A stretch of DNA of 32,000 nucleotides from Candidatus Saccharimonadota bacterium. GTDB taxonomy: Bacteria; Patescibacteriota; Saccharimonadia; Saccharimonadales; Saccharimonadaceae. Numbering within the stretch: the stretch's first letter is position 1; the number at the start of each line of letters is the position of its first letter. The stretch lies in the NCBI GenBank assembly GCA_016700015.1, contig CP064995.1, positions 90,001 through 122,000 of the forward strand, in the 5' to 3' direction. Of the stretch, positions 1 through 6,906 are shown one piece after another. Position numbers and translations under genes: made by a program. The notes below the pieces were generated by a model. The model made no database searches, was not told where the DNA came from, and was given only the letters and a program-made list of their open reading frames with translations.

Positions 1-1
1 C

Positions 2-565
2 ACGAACACACTTTGGGATGGGGTTTTTGCGCAAAACAATTTGTCGTACATTCATCCAAAACTTGTGCTATTTCGCCAGGCTACGCAGTCGGGCTGCGGC
101 GTTGCCACAACACAGGTTGGACCGCATTTTTGCCCGAATGACAGCACGATCTACCTAGACGAAACATTCTTTGATGAACTTCATACTCGGTTTGGAGCTG
201 ACACTGGTGAAGTCGCTCAAGCTTACGTGATTGCTCACGAGGTTGGACATAATGTTCAGAATCAACTCGGAGCTTTTGATAATCGTGTCGCCCAGACTCA
301 GCAGGGTTCAGTGGCTATCGAACTACAAGCAGACTGTTATGCGGGGGTATGGGCGTATTCGATTGCAAAACAGGGTGTGTTTCAGGGTAATGAAATTGAG
401 CAGGCACTCGGCGCGGCTGCTGCTGTTGGTGATGATCATATCCAGCAAGTCGAAACGGGATATACCAACCCAGAAACTTGGACACATGGAAGTAGCGCTG
501 AGCGCGTAGCTGCTTTCACAAAAGGCTATACAACGGGCAAGCCTTCAACGTGTCAGGGCTTTTAG
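2..565 (+). CDS. Zn-dependent neutral metallopeptidase, YpfJ/PF04228-like (5' partial, runs off the window start)
   Basis: The frame is open from nt 2, and TNTLWDGVFAQNN precedes the listed Met. It has an HEVGH zinc motif (IAHEVGHNVQ) and GPHFCPNDSTIYLD and ELQADCYAG blocks typical of this family. Stop at 563-565. Confidence 0.8.
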   Translation, partial: TNTLWDGVFAQNNLSYIHPKLVLFRQATQSGCGVATTQVGPHFCPNDSTIYLDETFFDELHTRFGADTGEVAQAYVIAHEVGHNVQNQLGAFDNRVAQTQQGSVAIELQADCYAGVWAYSIAKQGVFQGNEIEQALGAAAAVGDDHIQQVETGYTNPETWTHGSSAERVAAFTKGYTTGKPSTCQGF

Positions 566-568
566 CGG

Positions 569-1165
569 CTACTCATTGTTATCATCAAGATTGACTTTGA
601 TTGTGACGTAGACAGGTGAAGCGCTTGATGGATTTTCAAGAGTTGCTGGCATGTCATTTGGTGTCGCGGTACCATAGATAATCGTATCTTGCCAGTCCTT
701 AGGGACTACCGAAACGCGCACGTATTCGTTCTGTGTATTTTTAAAGTGAAGCTGGCGAGCCATCCCACCATAGATATCTTCAAATTGGCTAAAACCTGCT
801 GCCTTAAGCTTGGTCGTAAGGTCGGCAAAGGTATTGGCGGTCGTATCATTATGCCCATATTCAACGGTCGAAGCGTAGGTTCGTGACTCGTCCCAACTAT
901 AAATACGCTTGTCACCAAATACATCAGACTTTGCGACACGATATTCATCGCCCAGCTTTAGACTGTTATATATGCGCTCAATCCTATCTAGTCGAGACTT
1001 GTTGGTGTATGCGACCGATATGTTATGTATTGTGTAGGCACTGAGGCTAACAAGAATGAATAAAATAAATACGATAAATGCATAAACGACAACACTTTTT
1101 CTTAATAAAATGTGAGTATCGTTTGCCGAAAAGTGTTTTTTGCGGGTTAATTTTTTCTTTGCCAT
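569..1165 (-). CDS. hypothetical membrane-anchored protein (basic N-terminus, one TM helix, extracytoplasmic domain)
   Basis: I chose the internal ATG at 1165 (MAKKKLTRKKHF...) because AAGGGGG lies about 10 nt upstream. A TM segment VVVYAFIVFILFILVSLSAY follows. No family recognised. Confidence 0.6.
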   Translation of the reverse strand: MAKKKLTRKKHFSANDTHILLRKSVVVYAFIVFILFILVSLSAYTIHNISVAYTNKSRLDRIERIYNSLKLGDEYRVAKSDVFGDKRIYSWDESRTYASTVEYGHNDTTANTFADLTTKLKAAGFSQFEDIYGGMARQLHFKNTQNEYVRVSVVPKDWQDTIIYGTATPNDMPATLENPSSASPVYVTIKVNLDDNNE

Positions 1166-1326
1166 GTAGCTATTTGCCCCCTTACTATTACCATAGTCGT
1201 TATGAAGGTAATATGCAACTGGTAGTTGTGCACAATGGGGCAATACCTCCACTTGTACCAATTTAGTGCAACGCACCAAGGACATTATGCACCACTATGG
1301 TATGATAGGGTGATATAACAGATTGG

Positions 1327-1419
1327 ATGAAAATGGCTAAACACCGCAACTGGCATAGTGCCGATATCAAGCGCAAATTGAAAAAGAAACTCAGAGCAAT
1401 TAAGAAGAAACGAGCCTAG
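1327..1419 (+). CDS. candidate 30-aa Lys/Arg-rich small protein (MKMAKHRNWHSADIKRKLKKKLRAIKKKRA)
   Basis: Read by hand, as it is below the ORF-track size cutoff. It lies in a 390-bp gap and is preceded by an extended -10-like TGGTATGAT at 1303-1311. There is no clear SD. The composition resembles tiny ribosome-associated proteins, but I recognise no homology. Confidence 0.25.
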   Translation: MKMAKHRNWHSADIKRKLKKKLRAIKKKRA

Positions 1420-1558
1420 CTGCTCATTTCTTATATGGCTACCAACGCACGTCGTCGGCCTAGACGTTTGGCGGAGAGGCTTCAAGGCTCCCGACTGGTA
1501 AAGTCGACATGTGTCGCAAGTGACATGCAAAACAGATGGAACCTGCTATGATTGAACT

Positions 1559-2608
1559 ATGGATAACAAAACTTTAACTGCCCTGAATGGTGTTCGTGTT
1601 GGACATGCAACACACCTAGACAAACTGACAGGCTGTACTGTAATTCTTTTTGATAAGCCATACCAAGTCGCTTACAAAGCCTACGGAGGAGCTGTCGGCG
1701 CATATGGAACAGAGGCAGTTAGGGCAGAGAAGACGAACTACGGTCAAGATGGCATTTTCATTGCTGGCGGCAGCAACACCGGCCTAATGTCGGCAAGCGA
1801 AATTATGGAGTGCCTACGCCGCGATCAAAAAGGCTCGCGCTCCGGCAAGGACAAGCAGATCTTCAACCCGTCGATAACAGGCGCAATTGTCTATGATCAG
1901 GGTATGAATGTAGCGCTATACGACCCCGTGTACGGACGCGAGGCATATGAAAACGCCGGCAAAGATCCAGTGCTAAGCGGTAATGTTGGTGCAGGTACTG
2001 GCACTTCGGTTGGTAAGTTTCGCTGGGTTGAGAATGGAACAAAAACTGGTGCTATGAAAGCAGGTGTTGGCTCGGCTCGTGTAGATCTGGGCAATGGCAT
2101 AATTGTTGTCGCACTATCGGTCGTTAATGCACTCGGCAATGTAATTGCGCCTAACGGCGAGGTTATTGCCGGTAATAGGGACGAAAACACCAGGTTTAAG
2201 CCATATGAGGATTTGATTGAGGTTGTAACTGGGGACATATCAAACACAACAATATCTGTCGTTGGCATAAATATAGACCTAGGCAGTAAATTACATTTGG
2301 AAAAAGTCGCACACCTTGCCTCTCACGGACAAGTTCGTGCCATAAATCCTGTACACACTTCGTCTGACGGCGACACTGTTTTTGTATTTAGTACTGGCGA
2401 ATTGAAAAATCCATTTAATGGTAAGTTGCAATATTTCCAAGAAACAGACGACAGCTTATATACTCAAGCTGATATTATTGGACACGCTGCTGCGCGTGCG
2501 GTGCAGGAAAGTATTTATGACGCTTGCCGTTCGGCGGAAACTGTACAGTTTGAGCAGGCGTATAAAGGCGTAATACCAGCGGCGAAAGATTATGACGGAA
2601 ATGACTAA
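1559..2608 (+). CDS. peptidase family S58 (DmpA/BapA-type L-aminopeptidase/D-esterase fold)
   Basis: The N-terminus GVRVGHATHLDKLTGCTVILF and the NTTISVVGINIDL self-processing/nucleophile block are characteristic of S58/P1 aminopeptidases. Confidence 0.8.
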   Translation: MDNKTLTALNGVRVGHATHLDKLTGCTVILFDKPYQVAYKAYGGAVGAYGTEAVRAEKTNYGQDGIFIAGGSNTGLMSASEIMECLRRDQKGSRSGKDKQIFNPSITGAIVYDQGMNVALYDPVYGREAYENAGKDPVLSGNVGAGTGTSVGKFRWVENGTKTGAMKAGVGSARVDLGNGIIVVALSVVNALGNVIAPNGEVIAGNRDENTRFKPYEDLIEVVTGDISNTTISVVGINIDLGSKLHLEKVAHLASHGQVRAINPVHTSSDGDTVFVFSTGELKNPFNGKLQYFQETDDSLYTQADIIGHAAARAVQESIYDACRSAETVQFEQAYKGVIPAAKDYDGND

Positions 2609-2942
2609 TTATACTGGTACAGATTTTTACTGTGATGTCGCTATTGCGGGCAAGCTTGAACTAGCTAAAGAATACGAGAGTAATAACGTACTTGCCTTTC
2701 ATCATACAAGACCATTTTGGCCTGTTCATATCGTAGTTGTACCGAAAAAACATATCGGTTCATTTACGACACTTTCGGAGCAAGATGAGGCAATTCTGCA
2801 AGAAATAATCTCTGCGTTGAAGTCTGTTGCCTCAAAAGTTGAACAAGAGTATCGCTCAGCAAGAATACTCACAAATCTAGGTAACTACCAAGACTCAAAG
2901 CATCTACATTTTCATATCAGCAGCGGTGAACAACTCCGCTAG
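2592..2942 (+). CDS. HIT-family (histidine triad) nucleotide hydrolase/transferase
   Basis: C-terminal HLHFHISSG histidine-triad motif. Size is 116 aa. It overlaps the upstream gene by 17 nt, consistent with an operon. Confidence 0.85.
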   Translation: MTEMTNYTGTDFYCDVAIAGKLELAKEYESNNVLAFHHTRPFWPVHIVVVPKKHIGSFTTLSEQDEAILQEIISALKSVASKVEQEYRSARILTNLGNYQDSKHLHFHISSGEQLR

Positions 2943-2944
2943 TT

Positions 2945-3021
2945 TGGTACCCCGGGCAGGGGTTGAACCTGCGACCTTAGGCTTAGAAGTCCTCTGCTCT
3001 ATCCAACTGAGCTACCGGGGC
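2945..3021 (-). tRNA. tRNA-Arg (anticodon TCT), CCA encoded
   Basis: Hand-folded cloverleaf: acceptor GCCCCGG/CCGGGGT, D arm GCTC..GAGC, anticodon loop CTTCTAA, T arm GCAGG-TTCAACC-CCTGC, then ACCA. The anticodon stem has only 3 Watson-Crick pairs (GAGGA/GCCTA), and position 1-72 is a G-U pair. Confidence 0.75.
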
Positions 3022-3100
3022 AAAAAAACGCTCAATACTCGATTTTACTTCAATTTCCATCAGTTGGATAGAGCAAGCTGCGCTATTTTTCGCTGACGGC

Positions 3101-3121
3101 TCCCCAACTGAGCTACCGGGG
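3101..3121 (-). pseudogene. orphan copy of the 5' 19-21 nt of tRNA-Arg(TCT) (acceptor plus D-arm start)
   Basis: CCAACTGAGCTACCGGGGC at 3103-3121 is identical to 3003-3021. An inverted 15-nt D-arm copy CAGTTGGATAGAGCA lies at 3061-3075. No complete cloverleaf can be folded. Confidence 0.6.
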
Positions 3122-3141
3122 CATACCATCAGTATAACTGA

Positions 3142-3186
3142 CCCATAGTAAAAATTCCTAGCTAAACTAGGAATTTTTACTATGGG
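3142..3186 (-). terminator. perfect 20-bp hairpin (5-nt loop) overlapping the 3' CCA end of tRNA-His
   Basis: CCCATAGTAAAAATTCCTAG-CTAAA-CTAGGAATTTTTACTATGGG. The right arm includes the complement of the discriminator and CCA of tRNA-His. There is no U-tract, so it may be a processing or stability element rather than a classical terminator. Confidence 0.6.
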
Positions 3187-3260
3187 GCGAATGATGGGGG
3201 TTGAACCCACGGCCTCCGGTGCCACAAACCAGCGCTCTAACCAACTGAGCTACATCCGCC
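3183..3260 (-). tRNA. tRNA-His (anticodon GTG) with encoded G-1 and CCA
   Basis: Acceptor GCGGATG/CATTCGC, extra 5' G opposite C73 (a His identity element), anticodon loop TTGTGGC, T arm GTGGG-TTCAACC-CCCAT. Confidence 0.9.
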
Positions 3261-3344
3261 ATACCCCGAGTACCGGGTGATGACTAAGGTATTGTATCAG
3301 ATATGTCCCTAGTTGTCAGCTACCAACTAGTCATAGGGATTGTA

Positions 3345-3740
3345 GTGTCGTGGGGTTGGCTCTTTGAATCGTGTTGGCACCGCAAGTCGGGTACTGCCTC
3401 GCGCATTAAGGCTCTGGCGTGTTGAACCTGTATCAACATGCCCTAGCGACGCCCGATTACCCGATCGTAATGGCGCGGTGTCCGCGCCATATGTCAGGTT
3501 CGCACCTTGGCGATTCACCGGCATTGCGGCTTTTGCTTCCATGCGGTAGCCGTGCAATACGCCAGCATTCCCGAAGCTTTGTATATGCTGGCGGTTATGT
3601 TCAGTATGGAGCCGTTGGCTGAATGTTTCAGTACTCGACGCACCAAAACTTGCCGTGTTGCCATCGGCAACTTTGGCAAACCCGCTCGAGTGGATGATGC
3701 CAGACTGTACGGCATTAAACTTGCTGCGCAAATCGCCCAT
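3345..3740 (-). ncRNA. rnpB: structured ncRNA, most likely RNase P RNA (bacterial type A); ends approximate
   Basis: The stretch is locally GC-rich and open in several frames on both strands, with many perfect hairpins. Read on the minus strand, it shows RNase P-like blocks in the correct order. These are a P3-like hairpin (AAUGCC..GGCAU), CGAGCGGGU (CR-I/P4 5' strand), GGCAACACGGCAAG, GGUGAAUCGCCAAGGUGCG, GGGUAAUCGGG..CUAGGGC and GGCAGUACCCGACUUGCGG (CR-V-like). CGAGCGGGU can pair with ACCCG(A)CUUG as P4. A -10-like TATACT sits about 7 nt upstream of the 5' GGGCG. Not verified with a covariance model. Confidence 0.55.
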
Positions 3741-3766
3741 GCTTATAGTATATCATCTGTCCATGG

Positions 3767-3796
3767 TTGATTGCCTTGGACATTCGGTGCTACAAT
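3767..3796 (+). promoter_or_regulatory. sigma70-like promoter for tRNA-Gly (TTGATT-18 nt-TACAAT)
   Basis: Hexamers at 3767-3772 and 3791-3796. The tRNA starts 14 nt after the -10. Confidence 0.45.
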
Positions 3797-3809
3797 ACGT
3801 GATGGTAAC

Positions 3810-3884
3810 GCGGGTGTAGTACAACGGTTAGTATACAAGTTTTCCAAACTTGGGACGGGAGTTCGATTCTCCCCACCCGCACCA
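3810..3884 (+). tRNA. tRNA-Gly (anticodon TCC), CCA encoded
   Basis: Acceptor GCGGGTG/CACCCGC, anticodon stem-loop CAAGT-TTTCCAA-ACTTG, T arm GGGAG-TTCGATT-CTCCC, then ACCA. Confidence 0.9.
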
Positions 3885-3885
3885 A

Positions 3886-3918
3886 ACTAAATAGCCGGCT
3901 TTATGTCGGCTCTTTAGT
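3886..3918. terminator. hairpin between convergent tRNA-Gly and murA
   Basis: ACTAAATAGCCG / CGGCTCTTTAGT, 11 of 12 positions paired, with a 9-nt loop. Confidence 0.45.
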
Positions 3919-3931
3919 ATACGGCGTTTCA

Positions 3932-5455
3932 TTACTCCCAGGTTGTTTCGATATCTGCACCAATTGAATTTAGGCGATTTGCGAAATCTTCGTACCCACG
4001 GTTAATGGAATACACATCGCGCAGCACCGACTTTCCTGGTGCAGCAAGCATAGCAAGCAGGACGACGACAGAAGGCCGTAGGGCAGGCGGGGCTACAACT
4101 TCGGCCGCTTTCCAACGGGTCGGGCCGTCGATGTATACGCGGTGAGGGTCAACCATCTCTATGCTCGCATTGAGCTTCGTTAGCTCGGTGAAATAGATGG
4201 CCCGGTTTTCGTAGCTCCAGTCGTGCACCAAAGTTCTTCCTTCGGCGACAGTGGCGATCAGCCCCAAAAAAGGCAGGTTGTCCATATTGACGCCAGGGAA
4301 GGGCATGCTATGCAATTTATCTTTTGGCGCGCGCAGTTTTGATTTTTTCAGTGTGATATCGACAAGCCTCGTGCGGCCGTTTCGCGCCGGGTATTCGTCG
4401 GTCATGTCGAACTTTAGTTTCATGCCGGCTAGAATTGCCATCTCTAGCTCCATAAATTCTATAGGTACGCGGCTAATTGTAATTTCGGAATTAGTAACAA
4501 CACCAGCTGCAACTAAACTCATGGCTTCGATCGGATCTTCGCTAGGGTAGTATTCAACCGTTTTGTTGATCGACTTCACTCCACGAATTTTGAGTGTAGT
4601 ACTGCCAATCCCTTCTATTTTCACCCCGAGCTTTTGCAAAAAAAAGCATACATCCTGCACCATATAGTTCGGACTGGCATTACGAATTATTACGTCGCCG
4701 TCATATAGTGCCGCCGCCATGATGACATTTTCTGTTACCGTGTCGCCGCGCTCAGTCAGCACAATGGCTTTTTCGACGCTCTTTTTATGACTAGTGGCGA
4801 CGTAGTTATTGCCGGTGGCAACAACGTGCAGCCCAAATGGCGCGAGGCCGGTCATGTGAGGCTCCACTGTGCGACTGCCGAGGCTACAGCCACCCGCGAA
4901 GGGTAGTGTAAAGTGATGGTATTGGTGAAGCAGGGGGCCGAGGAACATGATGACGGTGCGCGTTTTCATCGCGGCTTCGATATCCATTTCTTCCAGCTTC
5001 AGTCGTTTTGGTGGTGTCAACTCTAGGTCATTATCTTCGAGCCAGCGGCATTTCACCCCTATACTTTCGAGCACTTCGACAATCCGGTTCACTTCTTCTA
5101 TGCGAGCAACTCGTCGGAAGGTGGTTTTACCTTTATTTAAAAGCGCCGCACACAGTAGTCCCACGGCTGCATTTTTACTCGTTTTGACTTCAATAGTGCC
5201 CTTTAACTCGTGACCGCCATTGACGACAAAATTAGTTTTGCCACTTCTGTTTATACGTACAATTTCACTTGACAATACTTCACTAATACGGGCTATCATC
5301 TCAAGACTGATATTTTGGCCACCCTTCTCAATACGATTGACTGCACTTTGACTTGTGCCAAGCTCGGCGGCAAGTTCCGCCTGCGTTAAACCTCTCGCCT
5401 GGCGTGTTTCTTGGATAAGTGTGCCGATATTGCGTAAGTATTTTGCCGTACTCAT
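3932..5455 (-). CDS. murA: UDP-N-acetylglucosamine 1-carboxyvinyltransferase (MurA) with an N-terminal XRE/Cro-type helix-turn-helix domain
   Basis: Residues 1 to about 70 (IQETRQARGLTQAELAAELGTSQSAVNRIEKGGQNISLEMIARI) form a classic HTH_3 domain. The remainder aligns by eye with MurA: KTSKNAA (Lys22 region), LPFAGGCSLGSRTVEPH (catalytic Cys115 loop), FPGVNMDNLPF, LRPSVVVLLA and INRGYEDFANRLNSIGADIE. Confidence 0.9.
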   Translation of the reverse strand: MSTAKYLRNIGTLIQETRQARGLTQAELAAELGTSQSAVNRIEKGGQNISLEMIARISEVLSSEIVRINRSGKTNFVVNGGHELKGTIEVKTSKNAAVGLLCAALLNKGKTTFRRVARIEEVNRIVEVLESIGVKCRWLEDNDLELTPPKRLKLEEMDIEAAMKTRTVIMFLGPLLHQYHHFTLPFAGGCSLGSRTVEPHMTGLAPFGLHVVATGNNYVATSHKKSVEKAIVLTERGDTVTENVIMAAALYDGDVIIRNASPNYMVQDVCFFLQKLGVKIEGIGSTTLKIRGVKSINKTVEYYPSEDPIEAMSLVAAGVVTNSEITISRVPIEFMELEMAILAGMKLKFDMTDEYPARNGRTRLVDITLKKSKLRAPKDKLHSMPFPGVNMDNLPFLGLIATVAEGRTLVHDWSYENRAIYFTELTKLNASIEMVDPHRVYIDGPTRWKAAEVVAPPALRPSVVVLLAMLAAPGKSVLRDVYSINRGYEDFANRLNSIGADIETTWE

Positions 5456-5458
5456 GTC

Positions 5459-5521
5459 ATCATCGTATATCTAGTATGATATATTGTCAATGCATGGTAT
5501 ATGGTATAATCATCGTATGAT
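5459..5521. promoter_or_regulatory. two identical 10-nt boxes ATCATCGTAT (5459-5468 and 5509-5518) in the murA/glyA divergent region; candidate operator sites
   Basis: Exact direct repeat, 50 bp apart. Each box begins an ATCAT...ATGAT inverted repeat. The first abuts the HTH-murA start codon and the second overlaps the glyA -10. Confidence 0.35.
5484..5510 (+). promoter_or_regulatory. glyA promoter (TTGTCA, 15-nt spacer, extended -10 TGGTATAAT)
   Basis: Hexamers at 5484-5489 and 5505-5510, with TG at 5502-5503. Confidence 0.5.
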
Positions 5522-5576
5522 TTAACACCACTGCAACACCAGAAATTCACAGACAAATAAGCATGGAGATATGATT

Positions 5577-6842
5577 ATGAAAGATGATAGTGTTGCAGCA
5601 CTTATAACAGCTGAAGAGCAGCGTCAAAAAGAAGGCTTGGAGCTTATCCCAAGCGAAAATTATGTGAGTGACGATGTGCGAGCGGCACTCGGTAGTGTGT
5701 TTACAAATAAATACTCCGAAGGCTACCCCGGCAAGCGCTACTATGGTGGGCAGCAAAATACCGACCCACTAGAACAGCTGGCAATCGACCGTGCCAAGCA
5801 GCTGTTTCATGCAGACCATGCTAATGTGCAGCCACATAGTGGAGCGCCTGCCAATGAGGCCGTGTACAGCGCGTGGTGTGAACCTGGTGATAAGATACTA
5901 GCCATGGATCTAACGCACGGTGGTCACCTTACGCATGGTGCACCGGTGACTCGCAGCGCGCAGCTCTACAATTTTGTGCGCTATAAAATGAAAAACATTG
6001 CAACGGGTGAGCTAGACTACGGCGAAATCCGTCGACTTGCCCATGAGCACAAACCAAAAATTATTCTTGTTGGGTATAGCGCCTACCCGCGTGAGCCAGA
6101 CTTTGAAGCATTTGCTGCAATTGGCCGCGAAGTCGGCGCGCTTCTAATGGCAGACATGGCGCATGTTGCAGGGCTCATTGCGGGTGGCGTGGCTAAAAAC
6201 CCGCTTGACTACGGATTTCATGTTATGACAACTACTACTCACAAAACGCTTCGCGGCCCTCGTGGCGGTTTGATACTCAGCATGGGAGTAGTCGGTAGTC
6301 CTCTTAAAGCTCCGGAAAAGACGATCGAAAACATCCCCACGCTCATCGATAGAGCAGTCTTTCCGGGTATGCAAGGTGGGCCACATATGAACACGATTGC
6401 CGCAAAAGCAGTAGCATTTGGTGAAGCACTTCGTCCGGAATTTGCCGACTATGCAAAGCAAGTAGTTGCAAATGCCAAAGTACTAGCCGAAGAAATGAAA
6501 AAGCAAGGTTTCGATCTTGTCACCGGTGGCACAAGTAATCATCTTATTTTGGCCGATGTCTACAAAAGCTTTGGTATTGATGGTAAAACCGCTGAAGAAG
6601 CGATTGATAAAATTGGCCTCACACTCAATGCAAACGCCGTTCCGGACGAGCCGCTTACTATGTTCCGCCCAAGCGGTATTCGCCTCGGCACCCCCGCGCT
6701 TACGACCCGTGGCCTGAAAGAAGAGCATATGGCAAAAATTGCCAAGTGGCTACGACAGGCGATTGAATTACACGCAGAACAGTTGGAACTTATGTCAATA
6801 AAAGAAAATGTTTCGAACTTTTTGCGCAACATAGATCGCTAA
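5577..6842 (+). CDS. glyA: serine hydroxymethyltransferase
   Basis: Hallmarks: LELIPSENYVS, YSEGYPGKRYYGG, the PLP-lysine block TTTTHKTLRGPRGG, and VFPGMQGGPHMN. I preferred the start at 5577 (GGAGA 7 nt upstream) over the in-frame ATG at 5571. Confidence 0.95.
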   Translation: MKDDSVAALITAEEQRQKEGLELIPSENYVSDDVRAALGSVFTNKYSEGYPGKRYYGGQQNTDPLEQLAIDRAKQLFHADHANVQPHSGAPANEAVYSAWCEPGDKILAMDLTHGGHLTHGAPVTRSAQLYNFVRYKMKNIATGELDYGEIRRLAHEHKPKIILVGYSAYPREPDFEAFAAIGREVGALLMADMAHVAGLIAGGVAKNPLDYGFHVMTTTTHKTLRGPRGGLILSMGVVGSPLKAPEKTIENIPTLIDRAVFPGMQGGPHMNTIAAKAVAFGEALRPEFADYAKQVVANAKVLAEEMKKQGFDLVTGGTSNHLILADVYKSFGIDGKTAEEAIDKIGLTLNANAVPDEPLTMFRPSGIRLGTPALTTRGLKEEHMAKIAKWLRQAIELHAEQLELMSIKENVSNFLRNIDR

Positions 6843-6906
6843 TGCTTTGAATATGCATCATTTAGTAATACACTGCGAATGACTATCTGTTAAGTGGAGA
6901 TCATTC

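Noticed and set aside
1285-1530. ORF 1285-1530(-), 81 aa, and the 38-aa + strand ORF at 1435-1551.
   Set aside because: There is no RBS, and the composition is odd (Cys/His/Thr-rich). They lie in a probable promoter/leader region. Evidence is insufficient, and only the 30-aa basic ORF is kept as a low-confidence candidate.
3345-3740. tmRNA as the identity of the structured RNA. The plus strand starts GGGGTTGGCTCTTTGAATCG, superficially like a tmRNA 5' end.
   Set aside because: There is no matching 3' acceptor strand (CAACCCC-ACCA) or T-arm on the plus strand. No tRNA-like end pairing is present on the minus strand either.
3327-3770. Listed ORFs 3327-3740(-), 3364-3549(+), 3419-3622(+), 3507-3770(+) and 3515-3715(-) as protein genes.
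   Set aside because: They overlap each other in several frames on both strands within a hairpin-dense, locally GC-rich segment between tRNAs. They have no RBS and low-complexity Arg/Ala/Gly-rich translations. A structured RNA, probably RNase P RNA, explains the region better.
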